Source of the DNA: Clostridia bacterium
GTDB lineage: Bacteria > Bacillota > Sulfobacillia > JAJZYS01 > JAJYTV01
Assembly (NCBI GenBank): GCA_027420455.1
Contig: DAIBJA010000078.1
Location: 69,669 to 133,668, forward strand
Direction of reading: 5' to 3'
Length of the DNA: 64,000 nucleotides
Shown in pieces: positions 36,378 to 46,653 of this stretch (its first letter is position 1; each line of letters starts with the position of its first letter). The notes under the pieces are model-generated. The model did not search any database. It was given only the letters and a program-made list of their open reading frames with translations, and was not told where the DNA came from. The position numbers were made by a program, and so were the translations under genes.

Positions 36378-37979
36378 TCACTGGGCTGCCAGCGTGTATA
36401 CGGTACTGCGGTTCCTCCCCGCGCCCTTGCTCACGTAGAGCGCTTGGTCGGCTGCCCTGAGCAGCCTGTCGACATCATCGGCATGGTCGGGGAACGTCGC
36501 GATGCCGATGCTGACCGCAAGCGGGATATCGATACCAACCTGTATCGCCTGCACCGCCAGGCGGATGCGTTCCGCGACCTGACGCGCGGCCTCGCTCGGA
36601 GCATCGACGAGCAGTGCGATGAACTCGTCTCCTGCATAGCGTACCACGATATCGCCGCTACGCACTTCCCGGCGCAAGACAGCCGACAATTCGCGCAGGA
36701 ACTCGTCCCCAAGGGCGTGACCGAACTGGTCGTTCACCGACTTGAGGCAGTCGGTGTCGATCATCAGCACCGAGAGCGGCTGCCCAGAGGCGCGGGCTTC
36801 CGCAAGGAGACGCGGCGCCTCTTCGGTGAGATAGCGCTGGTTGTGGAGGCCCGTGAGGCCGTCGGTGACGCTCAGCACCCGCATCTTGCGGTAAAGGTGT
36901 CTCGTCTCGGCGTATAGCCGCGCGTTCTGGATGGCAAAAGCCGCGTGCCGGCCGAAGACCTCCGCCATCCTGAGGTCAGGCTCGGTGAAGAAGTTCGTGC
37001 CGCGATGGGTGACGCGCAAGACGCCCACGACCTGCTCCTCCAGCTTGAGCGGGATGAAGATGGCTGAGGTGGAGAGGTCCGGCGTGCCGGGTATGTTCAC
37101 CGAACGCGGATCGTGCTCGAGGTCACCCGTCATCACCTGCTCTCCGGAGCGCGCCACGAAGCCGGTCACGCCCTGGCCGATCGGCACCGGCCAAGAGCGG
37201 AGCACCATCGCCTCGTCGTCCGGGACGCCGGGCGAGATGTCGGAGGCCTCCGGAATGAGCTGCTGCCCGTCGTCCGACAGGAGATAGCAGATGACGTAGT
37301 CGGCCTTCGTCAGGCGCCGCAGCACAGCGACGACGCCGCCGAGCATGGAGCCGAGCTCGTCGCCCTGCTCGAAGCTGCTGGCCTTGAAGATCTCCTCGAG
37401 CAGCTCGCGCACCTTGCGCTGGTCACGTGCCTCGGCGGAGAGGAACGCGGACAGATATCCGATCACGCCGAGGAGCACGATCATCACGACGTCCCGCGCG
37501 ATGAAGTGGGCCGTAAGGGGACCGACCAGGGCGGGCGCGAGGCTCAGGACCGCTGCGACCAGCCCGACCAGAAGGACCCGCCGGAAGGGGGAGAACATCG
37601 CCGCGCCCGCGACGACGAGCAGATAAAGCGGCCAGAACGGCGAATCCTGTCCGCCCGTGGACATCACGGTGACTGCGACCAGCACGATGGCGAGGTAGGA
37701 AGGGTCGGTGCGCCGCGTCAGGCGCGGGCGCAAATAGGCGAAGACGGCCACCGCCAGCGCGACGGCGGAGACCACAATAAGCCAAGCCCAGTTGGGGTTG
37801 GGCACGGCGCCTGGCCACAGTGTCACGGCGAGGGTCAGCAGGATGCTGACGACGAACAGGCCGGCAACAGCTCTGCCGTACTGTGCCTCAGCTGTTCCCC
37901 TGTTCACGCGCGTCGCCTCCGGTCCGGCCTTTCGACGCGCAAGCAGCACTATCCTTTGTCCACAATGTAACGATGTCAT
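36378..37979 (-). CDS. Membrane-anchored GAF-GGDEF diguanylate cyclase
   Basis: N-terminal TM helices, a GAF-like core, a GGDEF variant RYAGDEF and the DGLTGLHNQRY motif. The start at 37979 (MTSLHCG) was chosen to avoid overlap with the upstream gene. Confidence 0.8.
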   Translation of the reverse strand: MTSLHCGQRIVLLARRKAGPEATRVNRGTAEAQYGRAVAGLFVVSILLTLAVTLWPGAVPNPNWAWLIVVSAVALAVAVFAYLRPRLTRRTDPSYLAIVLVAVTVMSTGGQDSPFWPLYLLVVAGAAMFSPFRRVLLVGLVAAVLSLAPALVGPLTAHFIARDVVMIVLLGVIGYLSAFLSAEARDQRKVRELLEEIFKASSFEQGDELGSMLGGVVAVLRRLTKADYVICYLLSDDGQQLIPEASDISPGVPDDEAMVLRSWPVPIGQGVTGFVARSGEQVMTGDLEHDPRSVNIPGTPDLSTSAIFIPLKLEEQVVGVLRVTHRGTNFFTEPDLRMAEVFGRHAAFAIQNARLYAETRHLYRKMRVLSVTDGLTGLHNQRYLTEEAPRLLAEARASGQPLSVLMIDTDCLKSVNDQFGHALGDEFLRELSAVLRREVRSGDIVVRYAGDEFIALLVDAPSEAARQVAERIRLAVQAIQVGIDIPLAVSIGIATFPDHADDVDRLLRAADQALYVSKGAGRNRSTVYTLAAQ

Positions 37980-38031
37980 GACAGGAGTGACAGAGCTCCT
38001 GGCCAGGTGCCATCCTCCGGAACGATCGCTC

Positions 38032-38631
38032 CTAGCCCGCTCCGCCTCCGCTGCTGCCGCTGCTGCCGCTGCCGCTGCTGCCGCTGCTCGATCCACTGCT
38101 GCCGCTGCTGCCACCGCTCGAAGAGCTGCCACCGCCAGACGATGAGGAGCTCTGGGACAATAACTGCATCAGGGCCTGGCGCACAGCAGCTGCGATCGTC
38201 TGCGCCATGCGCGGCGACTGCACGATCTTTTCCATCGATGCCTCAAGCGCCTGCTGGCCGGTAGGCGTCGAAAGCGCGGACTGCAAGGCGGAACTCGCGC
38301 CTTGCGAGGACGACGATCCTCCGCTCGATCCGCCACCCGAACTCGAACCGCCCATCGCGCTGCCGCTCGATCCGCCGCTCGACGATCCGCCGCTCGACGA
38401 TCCGCCGCCCGACGCCGAGGACCCGCCGCCGCCAGAGGACGTATTGGACCCGCCGCTCATAGACGACCCGCCTTCCGTGCCCTGACTCGACCCGGCGCTG
38501 GTCGTGCTCTTCTCACCGGAGACGACACCGGTCGCCGACCCGCCCATCGGCGACGGCTCGCTGCTGCCGACATGCAGCGTACAGCCGCCCAGCAGCACCG
38601 TGAGGGCCATCAGAGGAATCAGCCTGCGCAT
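38032..38631 (-). CDS. Ser/Gly-rich lipoprotein (low complexity)
   Basis: MRRLIPLMALTVLLGGC lipobox signal peptide (start 38631). Long (S/G)n tracts are encoded by GCT/GCC/GGA-type trinucleotide repeats. Confidence 0.6.
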   Translation of the reverse strand: MRRLIPLMALTVLLGGCTLHVGSSEPSPMGGSATGVVSGEKSTTSAGSSQGTEGGSSMSGGSNTSSGGGGSSASGGGSSSGGSSSGGSSGSAMGGSSSGGGSSGGSSSSQGASSALQSALSTPTGQQALEASMEKIVQSPRMAQTIAAAVRQALMQLLSQSSSSSGGGSSSSGGSSGSSGSSSGSSGSGSSGSSGGGAG

Positions 38632-38727
38632 GAAGCCACCACCTGCCCTGCTAGCGTTCAGCGCTAGAATGCCCATTGCCGCGCGGCGACATCGCTCGGT
38701 CGGCGGACGAGCCGAGACACGGCCGAA

Positions 38728-38769
38728 GAAAAAGGCAAGGCGCTGTCTGCCGCACAGCGTCTTGCCTTT
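38728..38769 (-). terminator. Intrinsic terminator of the pur operon
   Basis: 16-bp stem AAAGGCAAGGCGCTGT-N7-ACAGCGTCTTGCCTTT. The minus strand continues TTCTTC. Confidence 0.8.
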
Positions 38770-38795
38770 GGTCAAGCTCAGGTCGCCACGTCGCT

Positions 38796-40031
38796 TCAGA
38801 CGTCCCAGCTGCGCCCGATATCCTCGCGCCACTGCGCACCGGTAAACCGGATGAAGCTCGCGGCGGCATATGCGTTATCGCGCGCCTCACTCGGTCCTTC
38901 GCCCTGCCCCACGACGCAGACGACGCGCCCGCCGGCCACCTGCCAGACATCACCCAGCCTGCGGGTGCCGGCATGAAAGACGAGCGCGCCCGCGGCGCGC
39001 GCGGCTTCAAGCCCTGCGATCTCCGCCCCGCTCTCGGGTTCGTCAGGATAGCCTTGCGCCGCGAGCACGACGCCGAGTGCGTTGCGCACCACCTGCGGCG
39101 CCTCGGACGGCAGGCGACCGCGCGCCGCTCCGTCGAGCCAAGGCAGGATGGATCCGGCGATGGCCGGCAGCAGCACCTCGGTTTCAGGATCGCCGAAGCG
39201 TACGTTGTACTCGAGCACCTTCGGCCCCCGTTCGGTCAGGATCAGCCCGGCATAGAGGGCGCCGGAATACGGCGTGCCTCGGTCGTCGAGCAGTTTGAGC
39301 AGGGGACCGATCGTGCGCTCGGCGCACTCCTCGGCCGTCACGGACGTCGTGGGCACCGGTGCGAAGGCGCCCATGCCGCCGGTGTTGGGACCGAGGTCCC
39401 CGGTGAGCAGCCTCTTGTGGTCGCGAGCAAACGGCAGGAGCCGATAGTCGCGTCCATGACAGATCGCGATCAGCGATACCTCGGGACCGCGCATGCGCTC
39501 CTCGAGCAGGACGCTGCCGTACTGTCCGATCAGGCGGCGGGCGGCACGCCGCGCACCAGCCGCGTCGTCCGCGACGATGACACCCTTGCCGGCTGCGAGA
39601 CCGTCCGCTTTGACGACCGTGCGGTCGGGGTGTACAGCGAGCGTCTGCTCCACCGCGCCAAAGTCCTGGCAGAGCGAAGCGGCGGCCGTCGGGATGCCCG
39701 CGGCCCGCATCAGCGTCTTGGCGTGCGCCTTGCTCGCCTCGATCTGGGCGCCCAGGCGGTCTGGGCCGAAGACGGCGATGCCCTGCGCCCTGAGGTCTTC
39801 CGCGATGCCGCGCACGAGCGGCTCTTCCGGTCCGGGCACGACGAGGTCTATGTGGAGGCGCCGCACCGCGTCGAGCACGTCGACGGTCGACGTCGAGTCG
39901 CCCGCCACGCTCTCCGCCACGGTGGCGATCCCGTCGCTGCCCGGCATGGCGAACACGGTCGCGCCGCCCGCGACCAGGGACCACGAGAGGGCGTGTTCAC
40001 GGCCGCCCTTGCCCAGCACCAGCGCGCGCAT
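38796..40031 (-). CDS. purD: Phosphoribosylamine--glycine ligase
   Basis: MRALVLGKGGREHALSWSL...; ATP-grasp; last gene of the pur operon. Confidence 0.95.
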   Translation of the reverse strand: MRALVLGKGGREHALSWSLVAGGATVFAMPGSDGIATVAESVAGDSTSTVDVLDAVRRLHIDLVVPGPEEPLVRGIAEDLRAQGIAVFGPDRLGAQIEASKAHAKTLMRAAGIPTAAASLCQDFGAVEQTLAVHPDRTVVKADGLAAGKGVIVADDAAGARRAARRLIGQYGSVLLEERMRGPEVSLIAICHGRDYRLLPFARDHKRLLTGDLGPNTGGMGAFAPVPTTSVTAEECAERTIGPLLKLLDDRGTPYSGALYAGLILTERGPKVLEYNVRFGDPETEVLLPAIAGSILPWLDGAARGRLPSEAPQVVRNALGVVLAAQGYPDEPESGAEIAGLEAARAAGALVFHAGTRRLGDVWQVAGGRVVCVVGQGEGPSEARDNAYAAASFIRFTGAQWREDIGRSWDV

Positions 40032-41524
40032 CAGTGGCGGAAGTGGCGCTCGCCGGTGAAGTAGAGCGAGATGCCACTCCCCTGCGCCACATCCTTCGAC
40101 TCCTCGTCCCTCAGCGAGCCGCCCGGTTCGACGACCGCCGCGATGCCGCGCTCAGCGGCCAGTTGCAGCACGTCGCCGAAGGGGAAGAAGCCGTCCGAGG
40201 CGAGCGCCGCTCCTTCCGCAGCGCCGCCGGCCTGGGCGAACGCTGCCTGTGCGGCGCGAACGCGGCTGACCTGACCCGCCCCGATACCCAGGGTCACGCC
40301 GTCCTTGGCGACGACGATAGCGTTCGAGCGCGCATGCTTGGCCACTGTGAACGCGAACGCGAGGTCTTCCCTATCCTTCAGGTCCGGCCCCGCGACATGC
40401 TGCCACGCATCGGCCGGCCTCATGGCGTCATCCGGCGACTGGAGCACGAGGCCGCCGCCGATCACCCGCACCTCGAGCCCGCGGCGCCTCTTTGCCGGCA
40501 GCGCGAGAACCCTGAGGTTCGGCTTTGCGGCCAGGATGGCCCGCGCCCCAGGTGTCACGCCCTCCGCCACCACGACCTCGAAGAAGCGGGACGTCACGTA
40601 CTCCGCGATCGCCTCGTCGATCGTGCCCCGCAGAGCGATGACGCCGCCGAAGGCCGCCTCGTCGTCGGCGGCCACCGCCGCCGCGAGCGATTGCTTGAGC
40701 GCCATGAGGGAGGCGGCACCGGACGGGGTCTGGTGCTTGATGACGCAGGCTGCCTCTGGCGGCAGGTCGAGCGCGAGTCGCCAGGCGGCGTCGGCGTCGA
40801 GGAGGTTATTGTAGGAGAGCTCCTTGCCTTGGACCACCTCGGCGCTTGCGATGCCAGGACCGCCGTCGCGGTAGAGGGCTGCCACCTGGTGCGGATTCTC
40901 CCCGTAGCGCAGCGCGTGGACGAACGACGCCGACGCGGCGGGAAACTGCGGCCAGTCTTCGCCCGCGAGGTAGTCGGCGATGGCCATGTCGTAGCGCGCC
41001 GTCTCGCGGAAGGCTGCCGCCGCGAGGCGTCGGCGCAGTTCGGCGTCCCCGGCGTCGATTCCGCTCAGGACATCGGCGTAGAAGTCGGGGCCCGGCACGA
41101 CCCAGACGCGGTCATGATTCTTCGCCGCCGCACGCAGCAGGGCGACTCCTCCGATGTCGATCTCCTCGATGACGGTGGGCCGATCGGCACCCGACGCCAC
41201 CGTCTCGACGAAGGGGTAGAGAGAAACAGCCACGAGGTCGATGCGCCGGGCTCCGATGCGGACGAGATCCCGCTCGTCATCGGAGGTCGGGCGGCTCAGG
41301 ATGCCGCCGTGCACGGCAGGATGGAGCGTCTTGACGCGGCCGCCGAGGACCTCCGGCGAACCGGTGTAATCCGCCACCTCCTGCACCTCGAGCCCTGCGG
41401 CCCTCAGGGCAGCGGCCGTCCCGCCACTTGCCAAGAGGTCGAAGTGGCGCTCTGCAAGAGCCTGCGCGAATGCGACGAGTCCGGACTTGTCACGAACGCT
41501 GAGAAGTGCTGTCGGCATGTTCAT
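40031..41524 (-). CDS. purH: Bifunctional AICAR transformylase / IMP cyclohydrolase
   Basis: ALLSVRDKSGLVAFAQAL...GGRVKTLHP...YFTGERHFRH. Confidence 0.95.
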   Translation of the reverse strand: MNMPTALLSVRDKSGLVAFAQALAERHFDLLASGGTAAALRAAGLEVQEVADYTGSPEVLGGRVKTLHPAVHGGILSRPTSDDERDLVRIGARRIDLVAVSLYPFVETVASGADRPTVIEEIDIGGVALLRAAAKNHDRVWVVPGPDFYADVLSGIDAGDAELRRRLAAAAFRETARYDMAIADYLAGEDWPQFPAASASFVHALRYGENPHQVAALYRDGGPGIASAEVVQGKELSYNNLLDADAAWRLALDLPPEAACVIKHQTPSGAASLMALKQSLAAAVAADDEAAFGGVIALRGTIDEAIAEYVTSRFFEVVVAEGVTPGARAILAAKPNLRVLALPAKRRRGLEVRVIGGGLVLQSPDDAMRPADAWQHVAGPDLKDREDLAFAFTVAKHARSNAIVVAKDGVTLGIGAGQVSRVRAAQAAFAQAGGAAEGAALASDGFFPFGDVLQLAAERGIAAVVEPGGSLRDEESKDVAQGSGISLYFTGERHFRH

Positions 41525-42123
41525 CCCTCCGCGATATGCACAATTCGGCCCTCGAGCTCGAGCCGGCCCAGAACCAGGAGGCGTAGAGCCTCCGGCAGCA
41601 GCCGGTGTTCGATGGCGTGCACCCTGGTCTCGAGCTCCGCACGGGTCTCCCCTCCCAGCACAGGCAGCGCCTCCTGCAGGATGATGGGACCCGCGTCGAG
41701 GCCCTGGTCGACGAAATGCACCGTGACTCCCGTGACCTTCGCGCCGTACCGCATCGCCTGACCGATGCCATCAAGTCCCGGGAAGGCCGGCAGCAGCGAA
41801 GGATGCACGTTGACGATGCGGCCCGCGAAGCGCTCGACGAAGCTCGGCGACAGGATGCGCAGGAATCCCGCCAGTACGACGGCGTCGACCGCGGCGTCCT
41901 CGAGTGCGGCCAGGAGCTCCTGTTCCCAGGCCGGCATCCCGAGCCTCCTGGCGTCGGCGAAGAACGTCGTGATGCCCTGGGCTTCGGCCCAGCGCAGCGC
42001 GGGCGCCTCACGATCCGCGCCGACGAGCGCAAGGCTTGCCGGCATAGACCCGTCGCGCATGGCGCGATCGAGCGCCATGAGGTTCGTGCCGCGGCCGGAG
42101 ACGAGCACCGCAAGGCGCTTCAA
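41521..42123 (-). CDS. purN: Phosphoribosylglycinamide formyltransferase
   Basis: LAVLVSGRGTNL...NVHPSLLPAFPG. Confidence 0.9.
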   Translation of the reverse strand: MKRLAVLVSGRGTNLMALDRAMRDGSMPASLALVGADREAPALRWAEAQGITTFFADARRLGMPAWEQELLAALEDAAVDAVVLAGFLRILSPSFVERFAGRIVNVHPSLLPAFPGLDGIGQAMRYGAKVTGVTVHFVDQGLDAGPIILQEALPVLGGETRAELETRVHAIEHRLLPEALRLLVLGRLELEGRIVHIAEG

Positions 42124-43130
42124 AGCGTTACCCCCTCCCCTTGCCGCACCTCGCCCACGACGCGCGGCCGGCCGCCCGCGGCCGAGATGCCCGCGATGAT
42201 GCGGGGTGCCTCCTCGGCCTCGACGGCGAGGACGAGTCCGAGGCCCATGTTGAAGACCTGGTAGGCCTCCTGCTCTGGGATCTTGCCGCGCTCCAGGAGG
42301 AGTTCGAGCTCCCCTGGCACCCCCCAGGTCTTGCGGTCGAAGGCGGCCATGAGACCCCGCCCAAGCATGCGCGGCACGTTGCCTGGGATACCGCCGCCCG
42401 TGATGTGGCTGATGCCGTGGATGCCTGGGCTGCGCAGCGCCGGAAGGACTTCCGGGCCATAGAGGTGGGTCGGCCGCAGCAGCACCTCACCCAGCGGCCG
42501 CTCGAGGTCGTAGTTGGCACCCAGGTCCAGTCCCGCTTCGCGCACGATGCGGCGCACGAGGCTGAAGCCGTTGCTGTGCACGCCATCGGACGGCAGCCCG
42601 ATCAGGATGTCCCCGGCCTTCGCCAAGGTGTCGGTGATGACGTTCTCGCGCTCCACGACGCCGACGCCGAAGCCCACGAGGTCAAGCCCGCCGCTTGGGA
42701 AGAGGTCCGGGAGTTCCGCCGTCTCCCCGCCGAGCAGGGCGCAGCCGATCTGGGCGCAAGCCTTGCCTACACCCGAGACCACCTGGGCGACCTCGGCCGG
42801 CACGAGATGGCCGACTCCGACGTAATCGAGGAAGAAAAGCATCTCCGCCCCTTGGCAGAGCACATCGTTCGCGACCATCGCAAGACAGTCCTGACCTACC
42901 TGCGTAAGGTCCCCGAGCTCCTGCGCGAGCATCAGCTTCGTACCCACGCCGTCGGCCCCGGCCACGAGCACAGGGTCCGCGTAGCCCTGAAGGCGGAAGA
43001 GGCCGCCAAAGCCGCCGATGCCGGCAACCACCTCGGGCCGCGTCGCCATCCGCCCGATCGCCTTGAGGTGGCCAAGCAGGTCCTCCTTGGCCTTCAGATC
43101 AACGCCGGAGCGCCGATACGCCTCACTCAC
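42120..43130 (-). CDS. purM: Phosphoribosylformylglycinamidine cyclo-ligase
   Basis: YRRSGVDLKA...DGVGTK...HITGGG. A GTG start at 43130 after an AAGGAGG RBS is preferred over the track start. Confidence 0.95.
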   Translation of the reverse strand: MSEAYRRSGVDLKAKEDLLGHLKAIGRMATRPEVVAGIGGFGGLFRLQGYADPVLVAGADGVGTKLMLAQELGDLTQVGQDCLAMVANDVLCQGAEMLFFLDYVGVGHLVPAEVAQVVSGVGKACAQIGCALLGGETAELPDLFPSGGLDLVGFGVGVVERENVITDTLAKAGDILIGLPSDGVHSNGFSLVRRIVREAGLDLGANYDLERPLGEVLLRPTHLYGPEVLPALRSPGIHGISHITGGGIPGNVPRMLGRGLMAAFDRKTWGVPGELELLLERGKIPEQEAYQVFNMGLGLVLAVEAEEAPRIIAGISAAGGRPRVVGEVRQGEGVTL

Positions 43131-43144
43131 ATCCCTGGCCTCCT

Positions 43145-44515
43145 TCAGATCTCGCCGTCCTGCACCGGCACCGGGTACTCGCCCGTGAAGCACGCGAGAC
43201 AGTGATCGGGGCGACCGGTCGCCCTGAGAACGCCTTGCGCCGAGAGAAAGCGCAGGCTGTCAGCGCCGATCAGTCCTCTCAGCGCATTCTCGCCGGCCGC
43301 GACGGCGATCAGCTCGTCGCGGTTGGACGTATCGATGCCATAGTGGCAGGGATGGAGGTAGCGAGGCGAGGCGATGCGCACATGGACCTCGGTCGCTCCC
43401 GCTTCCCGCAGAAGGCGCGTCAGGTGGCGCATGGTCGTGCCGCGCACGAGCGAGTCGTCGATGAGCGCGACCCGCCGCCCGCGCACCACCTCCGCCACCA
43501 CCGTCAGCTTGCGCTGCACGCCGCTCTCGCGGCTCTGCTGCGCGGGATGGATGAAGGTGCGCGCGACATAGCGGTTCTTGACCAGGCCAAGTTCCTGCCT
43601 GAGTCCCAGTTCCGCTGCGTAGCCCTCCGCCGCCGGCAGGCTCGAGTCCGGTACGCCGAGGACGACGTCGGCCGGTGCCGGCGCCTCGCGTGCCAACTGC
43701 TGACCGAGCCGGCGACGCGCCTGGTAGATCGATTCCCCGCCATAGCGGGAGTCAGGGCGTGCGAAGTAGATGAGTTCGAAGGCGCAGAGCTTCTCGTGCG
43801 CGGGGTCGCCGGGTCTCAGGACATGGACGTCGCCCATGAGGTCGAGCTGCACCACTTCACCTGGTTCCACCTCGCGCACGAAGTCCGCGCCGATCGCCGT
43901 CAGGGCGCAGGTCTCGGACGCCAGGCAGGGCATGCCCTGCAGCCGTCCGAGGACCAGGGGCCGGATGCCGAAGGGGTCGCGAGCCCCGAGGACTCCGTTC
44001 GGCGTGAGCAGGGTGAAGGCGTAGCCACCGCTGAGCTGCGTCAGCGCGTCCTGGAAGGCGGCTTCGAGACTGCCTCCCTGGGAGCGGGCCATGAGGTGGG
44101 CCACCACCTCCGTGTCGGTCGTCGTCTGGAAGATGGCCCCCTGGCGTTCCAGCCGGTCGCGTGCCGCCTGCGCGTCGACGAGGTTGCCGTTATGTCCGAG
44201 GGCGAACGGGCCGAGGTGCGAGCGCACGTAGAGCGGCTGGGCGTTCTCCGGCCGTGACGCGCCCGTCGTCGAGTAGCGGACGTGCCCGATGGCCGAGTAT
44301 CCCTTGAGCTGCAGGATGTCGTCCGCTCCGAAGACCTCATGCACCAGACCCATGCCCTTGTGCAAGTGGATGCCGTCGTCGTCGAGCACGGCTATGCCGG
44401 CACTCTCCTGCCCGCGGTGCTGTAGGGAGAAGAGCGCCTCGGCGGTCAGCGCGGCCGCGTCCCGCCGCCCGACGATGCCGAAGACGCCGCATGCCTCCCG
44501 CAGCTCATCCGTCAT
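43145..44515 (-). CDS. purF: Amidophosphoribosyltransferase
   Basis: The propeptide is followed by the catalytic CGVFGIVG. PRPP motif VALIDDSLVRGTT. The alternative start at 44530 overlaps purL. Confidence 0.95.
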   Translation of the reverse strand: MTDELREACGVFGIVGRRDAAALTAEALFSLQHRGQESAGIAVLDDDGIHLHKGMGLVHEVFGADDILQLKGYSAIGHVRYSTTGASRPENAQPLYVRSHLGPFALGHNGNLVDAQAARDRLERQGAIFQTTTDTEVVAHLMARSQGGSLEAAFQDALTQLSGGYAFTLLTPNGVLGARDPFGIRPLVLGRLQGMPCLASETCALTAIGADFVREVEPGEVVQLDLMGDVHVLRPGDPAHEKLCAFELIYFARPDSRYGGESIYQARRRLGQQLAREAPAPADVVLGVPDSSLPAAEGYAAELGLRQELGLVKNRYVARTFIHPAQQSRESGVQRKLTVVAEVVRGRRVALIDDSLVRGTTMRHLTRLLREAGATEVHVRIASPRYLHPCHYGIDTSNRDELIAVAAGENALRGLIGADSLRFLSAQGVLRATGRPDHCLACFTGEYPVPVQDGEI

Positions 44516-46653
44516 GCCTCTCGCCTCCACGCCCGCTGGAGCTCTTCCTGCCCGTACTCCCAGACACCCAGGTCACTTTGGATCCTGAGTCCGCCCGCCG
44601 TCGTGCGTCCGAGGGTGCGGCAGTTCACGCCGGCCCTCTCGGCGGCTGCCATCAGTGCGCCTGGATCCCCAGAGAGCGCGACGAACTGGGCGCTCGCCTC
44701 GCCGAAGAGCGTCAAGGCGTCTGCCTGGCCCAATGCGAGATCGAGCCCAAGGCCCGTGTAGAGCGCGATTTCCGCGAGCGCTGTCATGAGGCCGCCGTCC
44801 GCGACGTCATGGAGGAGCGCGATCGCCTCCCTGGCCGCGTCATTCTCGAGTACCGCCCGCATGCGCCTGAGGCCTTCGTAGTCGGGCTGGGCGGGCTCGG
44901 ACTGCCCGAGCGACTTCAGCTCCGCGAACACGCTGCCGCCGAGGTGCGGCGCGAAGTCGCCCAGCAGCAGCACTTCGAGTCCCGGGACAGCCGGCCCAAC
45001 GCCAATCGCGTGCTCAGGGTCCGGAAGGAGCCCGATCATGCCGATCACCGGTGTCGGCACGATCGCGACGCCTTCGGCCTCGTTGTAGAGGCTGACATTG
45101 CCGCCCGTGACGGGCACGCCGAGTTCCCGCGCGGCATGCCCGATCCCGGCCACCACAGCCCGCAGCGCGGCGGCGCCCTCCGGGTGCTCGGGACTCGGCA
45201 GGTTGAGGCAGTTCGTCAGGCCGATCGGGGCCGCGCCGCGGGCCATGACATTGCGGGCCGCCTCCGCCACCGCGTGCTCCGCTCCCAGCTCGGGGGAGAG
45301 CGCGCAGAGGCGCGGATTCTGGTCGGTCGTCACGGCTACGCCGGGCGCGCCCAGCGCCGCGCGCAGCACCGCGGCATCGAGTCCGGGCCGGACGACGGTG
45401 CGCAGACCGACATCCTGGTCGTAGGTGGAGTAGATGGGCGAGCGGTCCGAGAGGTCGGGCAGGCCGAGAAGGGAAAGAAGGTCCTGCCGCGCCGCGGGAG
45501 CATCATACGTCAGGAGAGCCCTGTGGCCCACCGGCATGCCTTCCGGCAGATGCCGCAGCGGCGCTTCTGCATAGATCGCCGTGTCGAGCTCCGAAAGGCA
45601 TTGGCCATGGAAGAGGAAGCGCATCGCGGGTTTCGCCGTGATGCGGCCGATGGCGGCCGCCTCGATGCCGTAGCGCCTGGCCACCGCCTGCGCCGGCGCG
45701 ACATCCTCCGGCCGCAGACAGAGCAGCATGCGCTCCTGGCTCTCGGAGAGGAGGATCTCGGGCGGCACGAGGTCCTGGGCGCGCAGCGGCACCTGGGCCA
45801 GCTCGATCTCGGCGCCGACTCCCCCCTGGTGGCACATCTCGATCGAAGCGCCGGCGAGTCCTCCGGCACCGAGATCCTGGATCGCGACGACCTTGAGGTC
45901 GCGCAGGATTTCGAGCGTGGCCTCGATCAGCAGCTTGCCGAAGAAAGGATCCCCGACCTGCACGCGCGGGCGGTCCTGTGAGGCGTCCGCCTGCAGTTCC
46001 ACCGAAGCGAAGGCGGCACCGCCGATGCCGTCGCGCCCGGTCGCCGCTCCCAGCAGCAGGAAGACGTTCCCTTCGCCGGCCGCGGCCGCGCTGCGCATCT
46101 CCTCATGACGCAGGAAGCCGACGCACATGGCATTGACGAGCGGGTTGCGCTGATAGCTCGGATGGTAGTAGACGTCGCCGCCGACCGTGGGCACGCCGAC
46201 GCAGTTGCCATAGTGGCCGACGCCCGCGACGACGCCGCGCGCCAGAAACGCGCTGCGCGGATCGTCCAGGGGGCCGAAGCGCAGGGAGTCGAGGAACGCG
46301 GCCGGCCGCGCCCCCATGGCGAGAACGTCGCGCATGATGCCGCCGAGGCCCGTCGCGGCGCCTTGGAGCGGCTCCACGGCCGAAGGGTGGTTGTGTGACT
46401 CGATCTTCGCGGCGCAGGCCCAGCCGTCACCCAGATCGAGCACACCGGCACTCGCACCGGGTCCGGCCATGACGCTCGCGCCCTCCTTGGGCAGGCTGCG
46501 CAGCAGTTCTTTCGAGTGCTTGTAGGCGCAGTGCTCGGACCACTGGACCCCGAGGATCGCCCATTCGAGGGAGTTCAGCTCGCGCCCGGCCCTGCGCCGG
46601 GCCTCCTTCGCCTCCTCCGGCGTGAGGCCGGCTGCCGCCGCCAGATCAGCCAT
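44512..46653 (-). CDS. purL: Phosphoribosylformylglycinamidine synthase subunit PurL
   Basis: GVQWSEHCAYKHSK, ESHNHPS. The ATG at 46653 overlaps the purQ stop. Confidence 0.95.
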   Translation of the reverse strand: MADLAAAAGLTPEEAKEARRRAGRELNSLEWAILGVQWSEHCAYKHSKELLRSLPKEGASVMAGPGASAGVLDLGDGWACAAKIESHNHPSAVEPLQGAATGLGGIMRDVLAMGARPAAFLDSLRFGPLDDPRSAFLARGVVAGVGHYGNCVGVPTVGGDVYYHPSYQRNPLVNAMCVGFLRHEEMRSAAAAGEGNVFLLLGAATGRDGIGGAAFASVELQADASQDRPRVQVGDPFFGKLLIEATLEILRDLKVVAIQDLGAGGLAGASIEMCHQGGVGAEIELAQVPLRAQDLVPPEILLSESQERMLLCLRPEDVAPAQAVARRYGIEAAAIGRITAKPAMRFLFHGQCLSELDTAIYAEAPLRHLPEGMPVGHRALLTYDAPAARQDLLSLLGLPDLSDRSPIYSTYDQDVGLRTVVRPGLDAAVLRAALGAPGVAVTTDQNPRLCALSPELGAEHAVAEAARNVMARGAAPIGLTNCLNLPSPEHPEGAAALRAVVAGIGHAARELGVPVTGGNVSLYNEAEGVAIVPTPVIGMIGLLPDPEHAIGVGPAVPGLEVLLLGDFAPHLGGSVFAELKSLGQSEPAQPDYEGLRRMRAVLENDAAREAIALLHDVADGGLMTALAEIALYTGLGLDLALGQADALTLFGEASAQFVALSGDPGALMAAAERAGVNCRTLGRTTAGGLRIQSDLGVWEYGQEELQRAWRREA

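Noticed and set aside
37980-38132. Poly-alanine N-terminal extension of the GGDEF protein (track start 38132).
   Set aside because: It is the antisense or alternate-frame reading of the Ser/Gly triplet repeats and overlaps the 3' end of the lipoprotein gene. The internal start at 37979 precedes the first TM helix.
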